Assembly (NCBI GenBank): GCA_965116875.1
Contig: OZ220733.1
Location: 3,808,001-3,872,000 of the forward strand
Direction: 5' to 3'
Length of the DNA stretch: 64,000 nt
DNA from: Candidatus Latescibacterota bacterium
GTDB taxonomy: Bacteria; Latescibacterota; UBA2968; GCA-2709665
Every line of letters begins with the position of its first letter. The first letter of the stretch is position 1. Positions 50,281 through 59,463 of this stretch are shown here, piece after piece. A program made the position numbers and the translations under genes. The notes under the pieces are model-generated. The model saw only the letters and a list, made by a program, of their open reading frames with translations. It had not been told where the DNA came from and searched no databases.

Positions 50281-51735
50281 ATGAATGTGCGCTGCTGCTT
50301 CGTACTGGGCTCGTTGATTGTGCTGCTGATTCCCGGTGCGGTCCTGTCCCACAGTCTCGGGGCGGATTTCGACGGGAACGGCGAAGTGGGGTTCACGGAT
50401 TTCCTGCTGTTCGCCGAAGCGTACGGGTCCACGAACGTCCGGTTCGATCTGAACGACGACGGACAGGTGGACTTCGACGACTTCCTGCTGTTTGCCGGTG
50501 ACTTCGGCAAGGTAACCCACGAGGAGGGAGAGACCGGCGTCGGCGGCGTCCGCTCCACGTTCGAGGCGATACAGGACCATATCTTCAACGAGAGCTGCAT
50601 CAGCAGTTCCTGCCACAGCTCAGCGTGGGCCGCCGCCGGGCTTTCGCTCGAGCCCGACGTGGCATACGAGCAACTTGTGGGGCGGGTGCCGCAGAACGCG
50701 AAGGCGCGGGAAGAGGGGATGCTGCTGGTCAGGGCGGGGGAACTCGAAACGAGTTTCCTGATGACGAAGCTGACCGGTTCCGGTGTGGGGTACGGCGATC
50801 GGATGCCCAGGTCGTATTCCAGCCTGAGCGGGGTCGCGATCGATGCGATCCGGTCGTGGATCGCGGCCGGGGCGCCCCGAGACAGCGTCGTGCCGGATGC
50901 GCCGGACCTGGACCGGGTCCTGCACAATACGGAGTTCTATTTTCAGCCGCCCGCGCCGCCCGCGCGGGGCATACAGCTTCACCTGAAACCCTTTGCGATC
51001 GCGCCACGGTCGGAGCGGGAGATTTTCTCGACGACGCGGCTGAGGGTTACGGAAGACCTGATGGTGAACAAAATCGAAGTGTTCCAACCGGAAGGCAGCC
51101 ATCACTTCATCCTCTATCAGTCGACCAACGATAACCCGCCCCCTCCCGGAATTCGCGATCTGGATCCGGTCGAGGCGCTCGGTATCTTCCGGAAACGGTT
51201 CGTCGTGGGCAGCCAGTCGCCCGAGGCGGTTTTCGATTTCCCGGAGGGCATCGCGATCCCGATGCCTGCCGACGCGGTCTACGAACTGAACTCCCATTTC
51301 GTGAACACGTCGGGAGAGAACACGCTCATCGGCGAAGTGTACGTCAATCTGCACACGATTCCCGCGGACAGCGTCAAGGTGGCGGCAAAGCCCATCTTTA
51401 TCAGCAATTTCGGCATATCGGTTCCTCCGGGTCGAACGGAGACGACCGCACGGGACTGGACGCTGGAGCGCGACGTCAACGTGATCATGCTGTCGTCGCA
51501 CATGCATCGTCACGGGCGGCGTTTCGATATTTTTCTGGGGGACGAACGGATATATCGGAACGAGGAGTGGGACGAACCGGTGACGCTCGTGTTCAATCCG
51601 GCGCTTCAGGTCAAGGCCGGAGAAAGGGTGAGTTTCGAGTGCACCCACGAAAACGACGACAAGGACTTCACCATCCGGTTCGGATTTACGGCTGAAAACG
51701 ACGAGATGTGCATCATGCTGGGATATTACTACTGA
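50281..51735 (+). CDS. Secreted EF-hand + cytochrome c-like + copper type II monooxygenase fusion
   Basis: Signal peptide; DFDGNGEVGFTDF and DLNDDGQVDFDDF; CISSSCH...RMP; SHHF, NSHF, SHMH, EMC. Confidence 0.75.
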   Translation: MNVRCCFVLGSLIVLLIPGAVLSHSLGADFDGNGEVGFTDFLLFAEAYGSTNVRFDLNDDGQVDFDDFLLFAGDFGKVTHEEGETGVGGVRSTFEAIQDHIFNESCISSSCHSSAWAAAGLSLEPDVAYEQLVGRVPQNAKAREEGMLLVRAGELETSFLMTKLTGSGVGYGDRMPRSYSSLSGVAIDAIRSWIAAGAPRDSVVPDAPDLDRVLHNTEFYFQPPAPPARGIQLHLKPFAIAPRSEREIFSTTRLRVTEDLMVNKIEVFQPEGSHHFILYQSTNDNPPPPGIRDLDPVEALGIFRKRFVVGSQSPEAVFDFPEGIAIPMPADAVYELNSHFVNTSGENTLIGEVYVNLHTIPADSVKVAAKPIFISNFGISVPPGRTETTARDWTLERDVNVIMLSSHMHRHGRRFDIFLGDERIYRNEEWDEPVTLVFNPALQVKAGERVSFECTHENDDKDFTIRFGFTAENDEMCIMLGYYY

Positions 51736-51804
51736 AGAAACCGGCAGACGTTCGTCGCCGATTGAGGGAAGCGTCCGTCGGCCTTCGCACGACGTTGATC
51801 TCCG

Positions 51805-52572
51805 TCAGATACTCCGCATCACGTCGTCGAACAGGACCCCGTTTGTGGAAATCGCCTCGTCGCCCCGGATGGTCGGGTTTCCGCTCCAGTCCGTAAACGT
51901 GCCGCCCGCTTCTTCCAGTATCGGCTGCAACGCGGCGCAGTCCCACACGGCCATAATGGGGTCCAGCATGATTTCCGCACGGCCCGTGGCGACGAGGATG
52001 TGCCCGTAACAGTCCCCCCATCCCCGGCAGTAAGCGACCCTTCCCGCCAGTTTTCTGTACGCGCCGTCCCTTCCGAACTCGGCGAACGATTCGACGTCGG
52101 TGGCGCAGAGGAGGGCGTCTTCCAGGCGCGAGACCGTGGAGACGCTGGCCGGGCGGCCGTTCCACGTACAGCCCGATCCCCTGGCGGCGCAGACCATCTC
52201 GTTCATTGCGGGAAGGTGGACCACGCCGACGGAGGGGACGCCATCGATTTCCACGCAGATCATCACGCCGTAGAGCGGAACGCCGTGGACGAAGGACTTC
52301 GTTCCGTCGATCGGGTCGATAATCCAGCGACGCCCGGTCCGGCCGTCCCGGTCGCCGAATTCTTCTCCCACGATGGCGTCGTCCGGAAAACGGTCCTGTA
52401 TCAGTCCGGCGATCCTGCGTTCCGCGGCCCGGTCGGCTTCGGTAACGGGGCTGTCGTCCGATTTTCTGTCAACCTGGACGCCGGTCTGAAAGTAGCGCAG
52501 GGTAATGCGCCCGGCCTGCCAGGCCGCGTGGGTGCTGAAGGCCAGAAGATCCTGGAGTGATGGCTGGGCCAC
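51805..52572 (-). CDS. hisN: Histidinol-phosphatase HisN / inositol monophosphatase family
   Basis: PVTEAD; GEE; IDPIDGTKSF; GDCYG; WDCAA. Confidence 0.8.
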   Translation of the reverse strand: MAQPSLQDLLAFSTHAAWQAGRITLRYFQTGVQVDRKSDDSPVTEADRAAERRIAGLIQDRFPDDAIVGEEFGDRDGRTGRRWIIDPIDGTKSFVHGVPLYGVMICVEIDGVPSVGVVHLPAMNEMVCAARGSGCTWNGRPASVSTVSRLEDALLCATDVESFAEFGRDGAYRKLAGRVAYCRGWGDCYGHILVATGRAEIMLDPIMAVWDCAALQPILEEAGGTFTDWSGNPTIRGDEAISTNGVLFDDVMRSI

Positions 52573-52685
52573 GGGCGTTCCTTTCTCGGAAGTTGTTTTA
52601 AGATTACCGGCGAGTTCCGGGGCGCGAGCGGAAAAGTGGCGGTCAAGGCGGGAAAATCCGCGAATATTTAACGTATCATGGCAGG

Positions 52686-52772
52686 AATGTATGCAGGCGG
52701 CGGAAGGAAGTCAAGTCAGCCGCGGTAATTCTCGGAGTTCCGCTTGCGTTTTCGCACGGGAATGCTTATATT
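52686..52772. promoter_or_regulatory. Divergent sigma70 promoters
   Basis: Minus strand TTGACT-17-TACATT (52714-52686); plus strand TTGCGT-17-TATATT (52744-52772). Confidence 0.6.
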
Positions 52773-52777
52773 TTTAC

Positions 52778-52918
52778 ATGGACGTTGTATCCTCACGGAT
52801 TCAACCTCTAAAAGTGCCTTGAATCTACGGAAGGGTGACCCAACCGGAAGTTATTCCACAGGTTACTGTGGAACTTCGTCAATAATTTTCGGCGCCTGGT
52901 AGGTTAGGCGCTTTTTTT
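52778..52918 (+). ncRNA. Candidate structured small RNA or leader
   Basis: Own promoter, two hairpins closed by GACG/CGTC, terminator GCGCCT...AGGCGC-T7. Confidence 0.5.
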
Positions 52919-52974
52919 ATCGCCATACTCCGTTTGCGGGACGTGCGGCGGCCCGTCGGCGTACGGGACCTCTC

Positions 52975-53183
52975 CCCCCGGCCCATCAGAAGCGGGTAGA
53001 CGGTAGAGGGGAGAGATCGGATGCCGAAACGGGATTCCTTTTATGCGTCAGGCAATTCGGAAGAATAGACGGGCAAGGGCTTCTTCTCCCGTCTCCCGTC
53101 TTGCGTCTACCCGATTTTTCACCTCTACCGTCTCCCCGCATTCTGGCTTTTTGTGGCCAATTTTTTTTCGAAATAAGGCTGAT
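52975..53183. mobile_element. MITE-like repeat family C copy
   Basis: GGGTAGACGGTAGAGGGGAGAGAT...CTCTACCGTCTCCCCGCATTCTGGCTTTTTGTGGCCAA. Confidence 0.72.
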
Positions 53184-53198
53184 CGAAGGGGCGAACAG

Positions 53199-53972
53199 AT
53201 GCTGGACGTCGAGTTTGTGGAACCGTCGGAAGTGGAGAAGGCGGCGCGAATTTTCCATCGGGACGGGCTTGTCGTGATGCGAAACGCACTGACAGCAGAA
53301 CAGCTTTCCTTTGCGCGGTCGGGGGCGGATCGCGTGATCGCCCAGCAGACGGCCGCCATTCCGTTGGAGGATGCGAACCGGGGGTACGCCCGCTACTCCT
53401 TCGGACAGCAGATCCACCACCCGGAGTGGGCCCAACTGATTGATTTACAAACGGTTCTACCAGTCCTGGAAGCGATCTGGACGAGCAGTGATTTCCACTG
53501 CTGGGGCGCCGGAGGAGATTATTCGCTGCCCGGCGCAAGGATACAGAAGCTGCACGCGGATATCACGGATATGCTCCGCGACCCCCAGGGGCGGGTGAAT
53601 GTATTCGACCTGCCAACGCCGGTAATTGTCGTGAATTTCCCCATGGTGGATTTCAGGGAGATCAACGGCGCGACGCGGTTTGTGCCCGGCACCCACCGCA
53701 ATCGCGAGCCGGCGCCCGGGCTGGAGGATGAGCCCGACTGGATGAAGCGGTCGATTGTATGCGGACCGGCCGGCGGGGCGGTTATTCGCGACATCCGATG
53801 CTGGCACGGGGGCACGGCCAACCGGTCGGATGAGATTCGCGCGATGACCAGCGTGGGTTATTCGGCGCCGTGGTTCGTGTGGCTCAGAAAGGAACACCCC
53901 TTGCCCCGGTCCATGTACGACTCCCTTTCGGATCGGGCGAAGGACCTGACCCGCTTTATCGTGGAAATCTGA
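53199..53972 (+). CDS. Phytanoyl-CoA dioxygenase (PhyH)-family protein
   Basis: QKLHAD; NGATRFVPGTH; WHGGTANRS...R. Confidence 0.88.
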   Translation: MLDVEFVEPSEVEKAARIFHRDGLVVMRNALTAEQLSFARSGADRVIAQQTAAIPLEDANRGYARYSFGQQIHHPEWAQLIDLQTVLPVLEAIWTSSDFHCWGAGGDYSLPGARIQKLHADITDMLRDPQGRVNVFDLPTPVIVVNFPMVDFREINGATRFVPGTHRNREPAPGLEDEPDWMKRSIVCGPAGGAVIRDIRCWHGGTANRSDEIRAMTSVGYSAPWFVWLRKEHPLPRSMYDSLSDRAKDLTRFIVEI

Positions 53973-54080
53973 GCCGCAGGCAACCGGGACGCGGTCCGGT
54001 GATGGAGGGACAGCAGCGAATGGCAAACCGATCGGCCCCGCAACCCGGGGCCCGGACCAGGGCATATTGAGGCGAGCGGC

Positions 54081-54122
54081 ACACGCGGGGCGCAACTGAC
54101 GTTGCGCCCCGCGTGTTTTTTT
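54081..54122 (+). terminator. Intrinsic terminator
   Basis: ACACGCGGGGCGCAAC-TGAC-GTTGCGCCCCGCGTGT followed by a T tract. Confidence 0.85.
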
Positions 54123-55140
54123 ATGGTTCGTGACCGACGTCCTGAAGCGAGATCTGCCTTCCGGCGTTGTGCGCTTTGACCGCCGCGGTGGATACCGCGA
54201 CGCTTTCCAGTATTTCGGCGTAGGGAACCGGGGGCTGGCGGGACTCGACCATCTCCTTCATCAGCTTGATGTTCTCGTACGCGCCGTAGGGGAAGACGTA
54301 GTCGCCAAGGGGGGCCGAATGAATATCGCCCATATTTCCGTACGCGCTGGCGTAGAACGCGCAGTGGTACGTTTCGCCGGTATCGCAACTGAGCATGGCG
54401 CCGCAACGGGGAAAGCGCGGTTCGTCCGGGTAGACCAGGCGCATGAAGCCGCCCGTGTTTTCCCCCATGGATTCCACGGCGCGCACGCCGGGTCCGAAGA
54501 AGTTCTGGGCCAGGCAGATGGCATGGATCTGGCCTGCCAGGGAGGGGCCTCCCCCGCGGATGGAGACGAATTCCAGATTGCCGACTTCCGGAAAGCGGGC
54601 GGCGAATTGCCTGGCCTGAGGCAGCGTATTCAGAATGGAGCGTGAAAGCAAGGGGGCATTGTGTTTCCGGGCCAGGCTGACAATGGCGTTCGCGTTGTCC
54701 AGATTGTTCGCAAGCGGCTTGTCGATGAAGGTGGGCACCCCTCTTTCCAGGCCGGGCCTGGCCAGCTCCAGATGGTCGGCGCCGTCGTAGTTGCAATCGG
54801 CTACAAGAACGAGGTCCACGTCGTCCGAGACTTCGTGAACATGGTCGCACACCAGCGGTCTGGAGTTGAAGACCTGCGCGAAGACGTCGCCGACACCGGG
54901 ATGTTCGTCCCATACGCGGGCGATTTCGAATTCGTGAAGGCACGGAACGGTCATGCGGGTGGGGTCGCTGTAGAATGTATAGAAATAAAAGTGGGCCCCG
55001 CCGCTCATCCAGGTGTATGGCGCGCCGGCGCTGTCATCCATGGGGTTCTGCAGCCGCAGCGGCGCGTGTTCGGCCATCAACGCGCCGTAGTACATGCCGT
55101 GCATGTCGCAGCGGACCAGTCCGATCCGTATTTTTTTCAT
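54121..55140 (-). CDS. Gfo/Idh/MocA-family oxidoreductase
   Basis: IRIGLV; DVDLVLV; HLELA; TFIDKPLA. Confidence 0.8.
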   Translation of the reverse strand: MKKIRIGLVRCDMHGMYYGALMAEHAPLRLQNPMDDSAGAPYTWMSGGAHFYFYTFYSDPTRMTVPCLHEFEIARVWDEHPGVGDVFAQVFNSRPLVCDHVHEVSDDVDLVLVADCNYDGADHLELARPGLERGVPTFIDKPLANNLDNANAIVSLARKHNAPLLSRSILNTLPQARQFAARFPEVGNLEFVSIRGGGPSLAGQIHAICLAQNFFGPGVRAVESMGENTGGFMRLVYPDEPRFPRCGAMLSCDTGETYHCAFYASAYGNMGDIHSAPLGDYVFPYGAYENIKLMKEMVESRQPPVPYAEILESVAVSTAAVKAHNAGRQISLQDVGHEP

Positions 55141-55257
55141 CGCAATTCTCCCGAATAGAACAGGCATACAGACGCTTGACCGGGTATGCAGTGATTGCCC
55201 GGAACTTACGAGTGCGAAAAGTATGAAAAAAAGTGCGCCGGAACAAGAAGTTTCTAC

Positions 55258-55286
55258 TTGAATACTGAACATATGTTCAGTATATT
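55258..55286 (+). promoter_or_regulatory. Sigma70 promoter with a perfect 22-bp palindromic operator (LexA-like)
   Basis: TTGAAT-17-TATATT; ATACTGAACATATGTTCAGTAT at 55262-55283 contains GAAC-N4-GTTC. Confidence 0.75.
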
Positions 55287-55373
55287 TCCGTGTGCTGGAG
55301 TACACTGCATGTTTCCAGGGCGCGTCAACAATTCTCAATCGGACGTGTACCTTCAGTTCACGGAGGTTGGGCG

Positions 55374-56228
55374 ATGATTGCCGGAATCCACGAAGGTTGT
55401 GCCACGTTGGAAGACAGGTCGCTGAAATACTACTACAAAGAGGTCGATCGACATCCGCGGATCGATCCGGCCGAAGAACGGGCCCTCACGGCCAGGGTCG
55501 AAGCGGGGGACGAAGCCGCAATCGCGGCGCTCGTAAATGCGAATCTTCGATTTGTCATTCATATCGCCAGAGGATATCAGAACCAGGGCCTGCCGCTGGG
55601 CGATCTCATCAACGAGGGCAATTGCGGGCTGTTTACCGCTGCGCGAAAATTCGATCGGAGCCGGGGATGCAGGTTCATCACGTACGCAGTCTGGTGGATC
55701 CGGCAGCACATTCTGAAGGCGCTGGACGTCCAGACCCGGACCGTCCGTGTGCCGGCCAGTGTCCTGAACGACATCGGCCGGTTGCGAAAAGCCGAGGACC
55801 GTCTGATGCAGCGCCTGGAACGAAATCCGGAGCCGCGGGAAGTCGCCGCCTGCGCCGGTTTGCCGGACAAAAGGCTTGACCGCTGTCTGGACGGGGGCGC
55901 GAACGCCGTCTCGCTCGATTCCGCAGGTTCGGACGACCGACTCAGTATTGCAGAGACGCTTCCGGACCGGCACGTCGCGTCGGCGGAAGAGACGCTCCAC
56001 GAGAAGTGCCGAACACGCGCCGTAAAGGACACGCTCGATGCTCTTTCGGAACGGCACAGGACAGTCATAACGCTCTATTTCGGTATGCACGGGGAGGAGC
56101 CGACCACCTACCAGGAGATCGGACGCCGCCTGGGAATCAGCCGGGAACGGGTGAGGCAGTTGAAGGAGGACGCATTCGGAAAGTTGAGGCAGCCGTCGGT
56201 AAGGAAGCGTCTGGCGGCGCATCTCTAG
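55374..56228 (+). CDS. RpoD/SigA-family alternative sigma70 factor without region 1.1
   Basis: ANLRFV; DLINEGNCGL; FITYAVWWIRQ; SRERVRQ; GGAGG RBS. Confidence 0.92.
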   Translation: MIAGIHEGCATLEDRSLKYYYKEVDRHPRIDPAEERALTARVEAGDEAAIAALVNANLRFVIHIARGYQNQGLPLGDLINEGNCGLFTAARKFDRSRGCRFITYAVWWIRQHILKALDVQTRTVRVPASVLNDIGRLRKAEDRLMQRLERNPEPREVAACAGLPDKRLDRCLDGGANAVSLDSAGSDDRLSIAETLPDRHVASAEETLHEKCRTRAVKDTLDALSERHRTVITLYFGMHGEEPTTYQEIGRRLGISRERVRQLKEDAFGKLRQPSVRKRLAAHL

Positions 56229-56361
56229 CAGGTTTTGAAATACCCGTTCTTTTCGTCCGGCTCCGCGGATTTACGGACGTTTGCCCTTGACGAAATCGGG
56301 CAAATGCATCAACTTATATCCGTTCACAGCCCTCGATTCGGTTTCTCAAGGCCGTTTGCCC

Positions 56362-57147
56362 GTGCAGATCATCATTATCGCGATTCTTGGCGCCCTGACT
56401 TTGATATGGGCCGGCGTTTTTGCGCTCATCCAATGGGCGAAACCGCTGTCGCCGAAGCACCTGTTGGGCTTTGGCGGTTACGTGAGCGTCGTGTCCGGCC
56501 TGATGGTCTTCCTTGTGATTCAAACGGCCCTCCGGCAGCAGGACGCGGCGATGAAAGACACCCGGGAACGGCTGGACAGGACGGTGGAGACCTTTCGGGA
56601 GAAGCTGGACGAACAGGGCGCGAAACTGCTGGACCGGACGCTGGAAAAGGTGGATCTGACGAAGTCGGAATGGGAAGTGCGGGCGGACCTGCAGGAGGAG
56701 CGGTCGCGCCATGCGCGCACAAAAGCCGATCTCAAGGAATTGCGCGCCCGGCTTGGGCAGACGCAGGCGGAGCTGACGGAAGAAGAAAACGCCCGCGGCG
56801 CCTATTCGGACAGCCTGAATACGGAACGCGCGCTCAGACGGGACTTGCAGGCGCGCCTCGCACGTGAGGAGGCGCGCCACAGGAAAACCGTTGAAAACCT
56901 CGCCCGAACGCGCAGAAACCTGGCGGGTGCGGAAGCGCGCGTCGATCGACAGGAAAATGAAATGGCCCGGTTGCGCACATCCCTGCAACGCACGGAGCAG
57001 CGCGCTCGGCTGGCGCTGAAGAACGCGGCTGCGGCGCAGAATGAACTCATCAACGCGATGATCAGGCAGGGCAGGGCGGCTGACACCCTTCAGGCTGCCG
57101 TGGATTCCATCTACGGCAAGGTCATGAAACGACCGCGGAAGCCATAG
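56362..57147 (+). CDS. Two-TM membrane protein with long coiled coil
   Basis: Two hydrophobic segments followed by about 190 aa of heptad-rich sequence; start uncertain. Confidence 0.7.
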   Translation: MQIIIIAILGALTLIWAGVFALIQWAKPLSPKHLLGFGGYVSVVSGLMVFLVIQTALRQQDAAMKDTRERLDRTVETFREKLDEQGAKLLDRTLEKVDLTKSEWEVRADLQEERSRHARTKADLKELRARLGQTQAELTEEENARGAYSDSLNTERALRRDLQARLAREEARHRKTVENLARTRRNLAGAEARVDRQENEMARLRTSLQRTEQRARLALKNAAAAQNELINAMIRQGRAADTLQAAVDSIYGKVMKRPRKP

Positions 57148-57265
57148 CCTGAACGCGGGCAGGAAACACCCCGATCTGCGTGTTCAGATACCTGTTGCGC
57201 AATATCCAGCCTGACGTCTCACCGCGGTTCACCCGGCGTGAATCCGCATTTTTCGGAGGTGGCTC

Positions 57266-58132
57266 GTGAACAAAGGACCCGATCCATCCGGCGACAGGAA
57301 GCGTATCGTGATCGCCGTCGGCTTTCTGGCGGCATTGATGGTTATTCTGTTGTTGACGGTATGGAAGCCGGATACCGTTCCGGAGGTCGACCCGCAGGTC
57401 GCGCAACTGGAGAGCGATATCGAGCTCTATACGGGCCAGATCGATTCGTTGAACGCGCTGGTGGATGAAATGGACTCGCGAATCGATGCCATGCGCGCCC
57501 ATGTAGACAGCGCGAGAGTGTCCAACCGGAAACTTCTGACGTCGCTGCACAGGGTAACGAGCGAAATGAGGGAGTATCAGGCGCTGTACAGGAAGCAGCA
57601 GGCGATGAACGAGAAGCTGGTAGCGGAACTCAAGCAGCTCCGGGGCGAGAAGGATCAGGCGACCGCGGCCGTCAGGACGTTGAAGATCGAGGTCGACACG
57701 CTGAACAAACTGCTGCACGACAAGACAACCCGCCTGATCAGGCTGGAATCCAGCCTGAAGGAAGCCGTTGAACAGGCGCAGACGATGCAGGAAACCGCAA
57801 CTTCCGTGCTGGTCTACGTTGGAACCGAAGCCACGTTGAAAGAGGCAGGGTATCTGAAAACGTCGCGGGGGATTACGATCCGGAAGAACTACAAACTCGT
57901 CGGCTTTCCGGACGTTACCGATGAACAGAGCCTGGATACCATCAAGAGGGCGTCTATCGGTGCAACCATCGCGATTCCGGGCGAACTGGCGGCGCTGTGC
58001 GACCGTCACGGCAAGTTGAGCAAACGAAAGGAATATCGCGCCAGCAAAGGGCCCGAGGGGCAGACGATGGTCACATTCTGGGACTCAACGCTCATGGGCC
58101 AGCGCGTGCTGGCGGTGTTGAAGAAAAAATAG
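57266..58132 (+). CDS. Membrane-anchored coiled-coil protein with C-terminal globular domain
   Basis: N-terminal TM; coiled coil; YVGTEATLKEAG; GGAGG RBS. Confidence 0.75.
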   Translation: MNKGPDPSGDRKRIVIAVGFLAALMVILLLTVWKPDTVPEVDPQVAQLESDIELYTGQIDSLNALVDEMDSRIDAMRAHVDSARVSNRKLLTSLHRVTSEMREYQALYRKQQAMNEKLVAELKQLRGEKDQATAAVRTLKIEVDTLNKLLHDKTTRLIRLESSLKEAVEQAQTMQETATSVLVYVGTEATLKEAGYLKTSRGITIRKNYKLVGFPDVTDEQSLDTIKRASIGATIAIPGELAALCDRHGKLSKRKEYRASKGPEGQTMVTFWDSTLMGQRVLAVLKKK

Positions 58133-58155
58133 GCAAGACATTCGCTGCAAATCCC

Positions 58156-58191
58156 AAACCGGCCGTACATGGAGACGGCCGGTTTTTTTTT
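58156..58191 (+). terminator. Intrinsic terminator
   Basis: AAACCGGCCGT-ACATGGAG-ACGGCCGGTTT followed by a T tract. Confidence 0.8.
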
Positions 58192-58222
58192 GCACAGATG
58201 TGGACGATGTGGCGGCTGCCAA

Positions 58223-58645
58223 CTACCACATATGGACGAAGACCGCCGGACGGACCTTCTTCCCGGTGGGGGCCGTGGAGAGCAGCGAGTCGGCGTAGGC
58301 CGCGTGTCTGACCATATAGTCGCGGCTACCGCCGCGCAGGAACAGGTGGAGGTTGCGTTCGGGCTGGGTGATCAGTCCGGCCGTGAGGCGCTCGAATTCC
58401 CCGGGCCCGAGCAGCCGTTCTACGGATTTTCCGTCACTCGACAGGCCGGGTCCCTTTGCCGTGTAGATGAGGACCAGGTCGTCCGATCCGGGGTCGTGGT
58501 GATGCACCCGCCAGACCGGCTGGGCGACGTTCAGGATCATAATGCCCAGGGTGAGCATGAGCATCATGATGCCGAGGAAGAGTTCCTTGCTGACGTCGTG
58601 TTCTTCCGCCTGGGCTGCGGCGCGCTGCAGAAATCGGCTCCTCAA
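58223..58645 (-). CDS. Single-TM protein, ExbD/TolR-like by position
   Basis: TTG start overlaps the upstream stop; DVSKELFLGIMMLMLTLGIMIL TM followed by a small soluble domain. Confidence 0.55.
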   Translation of the reverse strand: MRSRFLQRAAAQAEEHDVSKELFLGIMMLMLTLGIMILNVAQPVWRVHHHDPGSDDLVLIYTAKGPGLSSDGKSVERLLGPGEFERLTAGLITQPERNLHLFLRGGSRDYMVRHAAYADSLLSTAPTGKKVRPAVFVHMW

Positions 58646-59439
58646 TTGGCTTCGCTCCCCGGGTCGTCTCTCATCGCCAGCCATGCCCGTTCCAGGGCGC
58701 CGACCCGTCCCATCAGAATGTCGATGCACTTTCTCAGTGGCAGGTACGCCAGCAGGGCGATCAGGGTGGTCTTGAAGGCCAGTGTCAATCCGTCGGCCAT
58801 ATCGCGGAGCACCTTGAACGTCTCGGTGGCTTCGTCCAGCCGGCTGAGTTCCTGCGCCATGAGCAGGATACCGCATACCGTGCCAAGATAGCCATAGAAG
58901 GGGATGCGTCCCAGGGCGCGATGGCCGGCCAGCAGCTGCTCGCCGATCACCCCGACCAGGTCCGTGATCAGCTCGTCGTCTCTCGTCTTCAGATCCGTGT
59001 ACGAGTCCGTTTCGGTCCTGAGGTCTCCAAGACCGGCCTGCCTCTGGGCAAGCAGGGTGGGCGCCCCTGAAGCGGATGGGATCGAACCCAGGGCCTCCTC
59101 TTCCACGCGAATCCGTTTCCATACGTGGACAATAACGGAAAGGTGCGCGGTGGAAGCGGCCAGGATGAGCGCGTATGCGGAGCGGCCCACCCACTCGATC
59201 CAGCTTTCCGGAAGCGCAATGTAAAGGTAGTAGTAGATGCCCAGCGCGGCGACGCCGAACCCCGCAAGGCCGCCCAGAACGCCGCTGGTCAGTCTCGCCA
59301 GGTTTTCCGGCAGCCCGTACCGCAACTCTTCCCGGCAGATCAAGACGATCTTCTGGATCAGTGTAAGCGCGCCTGCCATGGCGCACGCGGAGGCGAAGAC
59401 AACCACAATCAGGATCTCATACCAGACCAAATGCGACAC
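58642..59439 (-). CDS. MotA/TolQ/ExbB proton-channel family protein
   Basis: IPFYGYLGTVCGI...GLTLAFKTTLIAL, with extra N-terminal TMs. Confidence 0.8.
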   Translation of the reverse strand: MSHLVWYEILIVVVFASACAMAGALTLIQKIVLICREELRYGLPENLARLTSGVLGGLAGFGVAALGIYYYLYIALPESWIEWVGRSAYALILAASTAHLSVIVHVWKRIRVEEEALGSIPSASGAPTLLAQRQAGLGDLRTETDSYTDLKTRDDELITDLVGVIGEQLLAGHRALGRIPFYGYLGTVCGILLMAQELSRLDEATETFKVLRDMADGLTLAFKTTLIALLAYLPLRKCIDILMGRVGALERAWLAMRDDPGSEAN

Positions 59440-59463
59440 GACCTGTCCTCACGTTGGAGTTGT

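Noticed and set aside
52692-52720. SRP RNA-like CAGG...GGAAGGAAG
   Set aside because: The helix cannot form properly and the sequence is explained by the hisN promoter on the minus strand
58223-59439. Zorya ZorA/ZorB defence system
   Set aside because: No long ZorA tail, no OmpA domain and no ZorC/D/E genes
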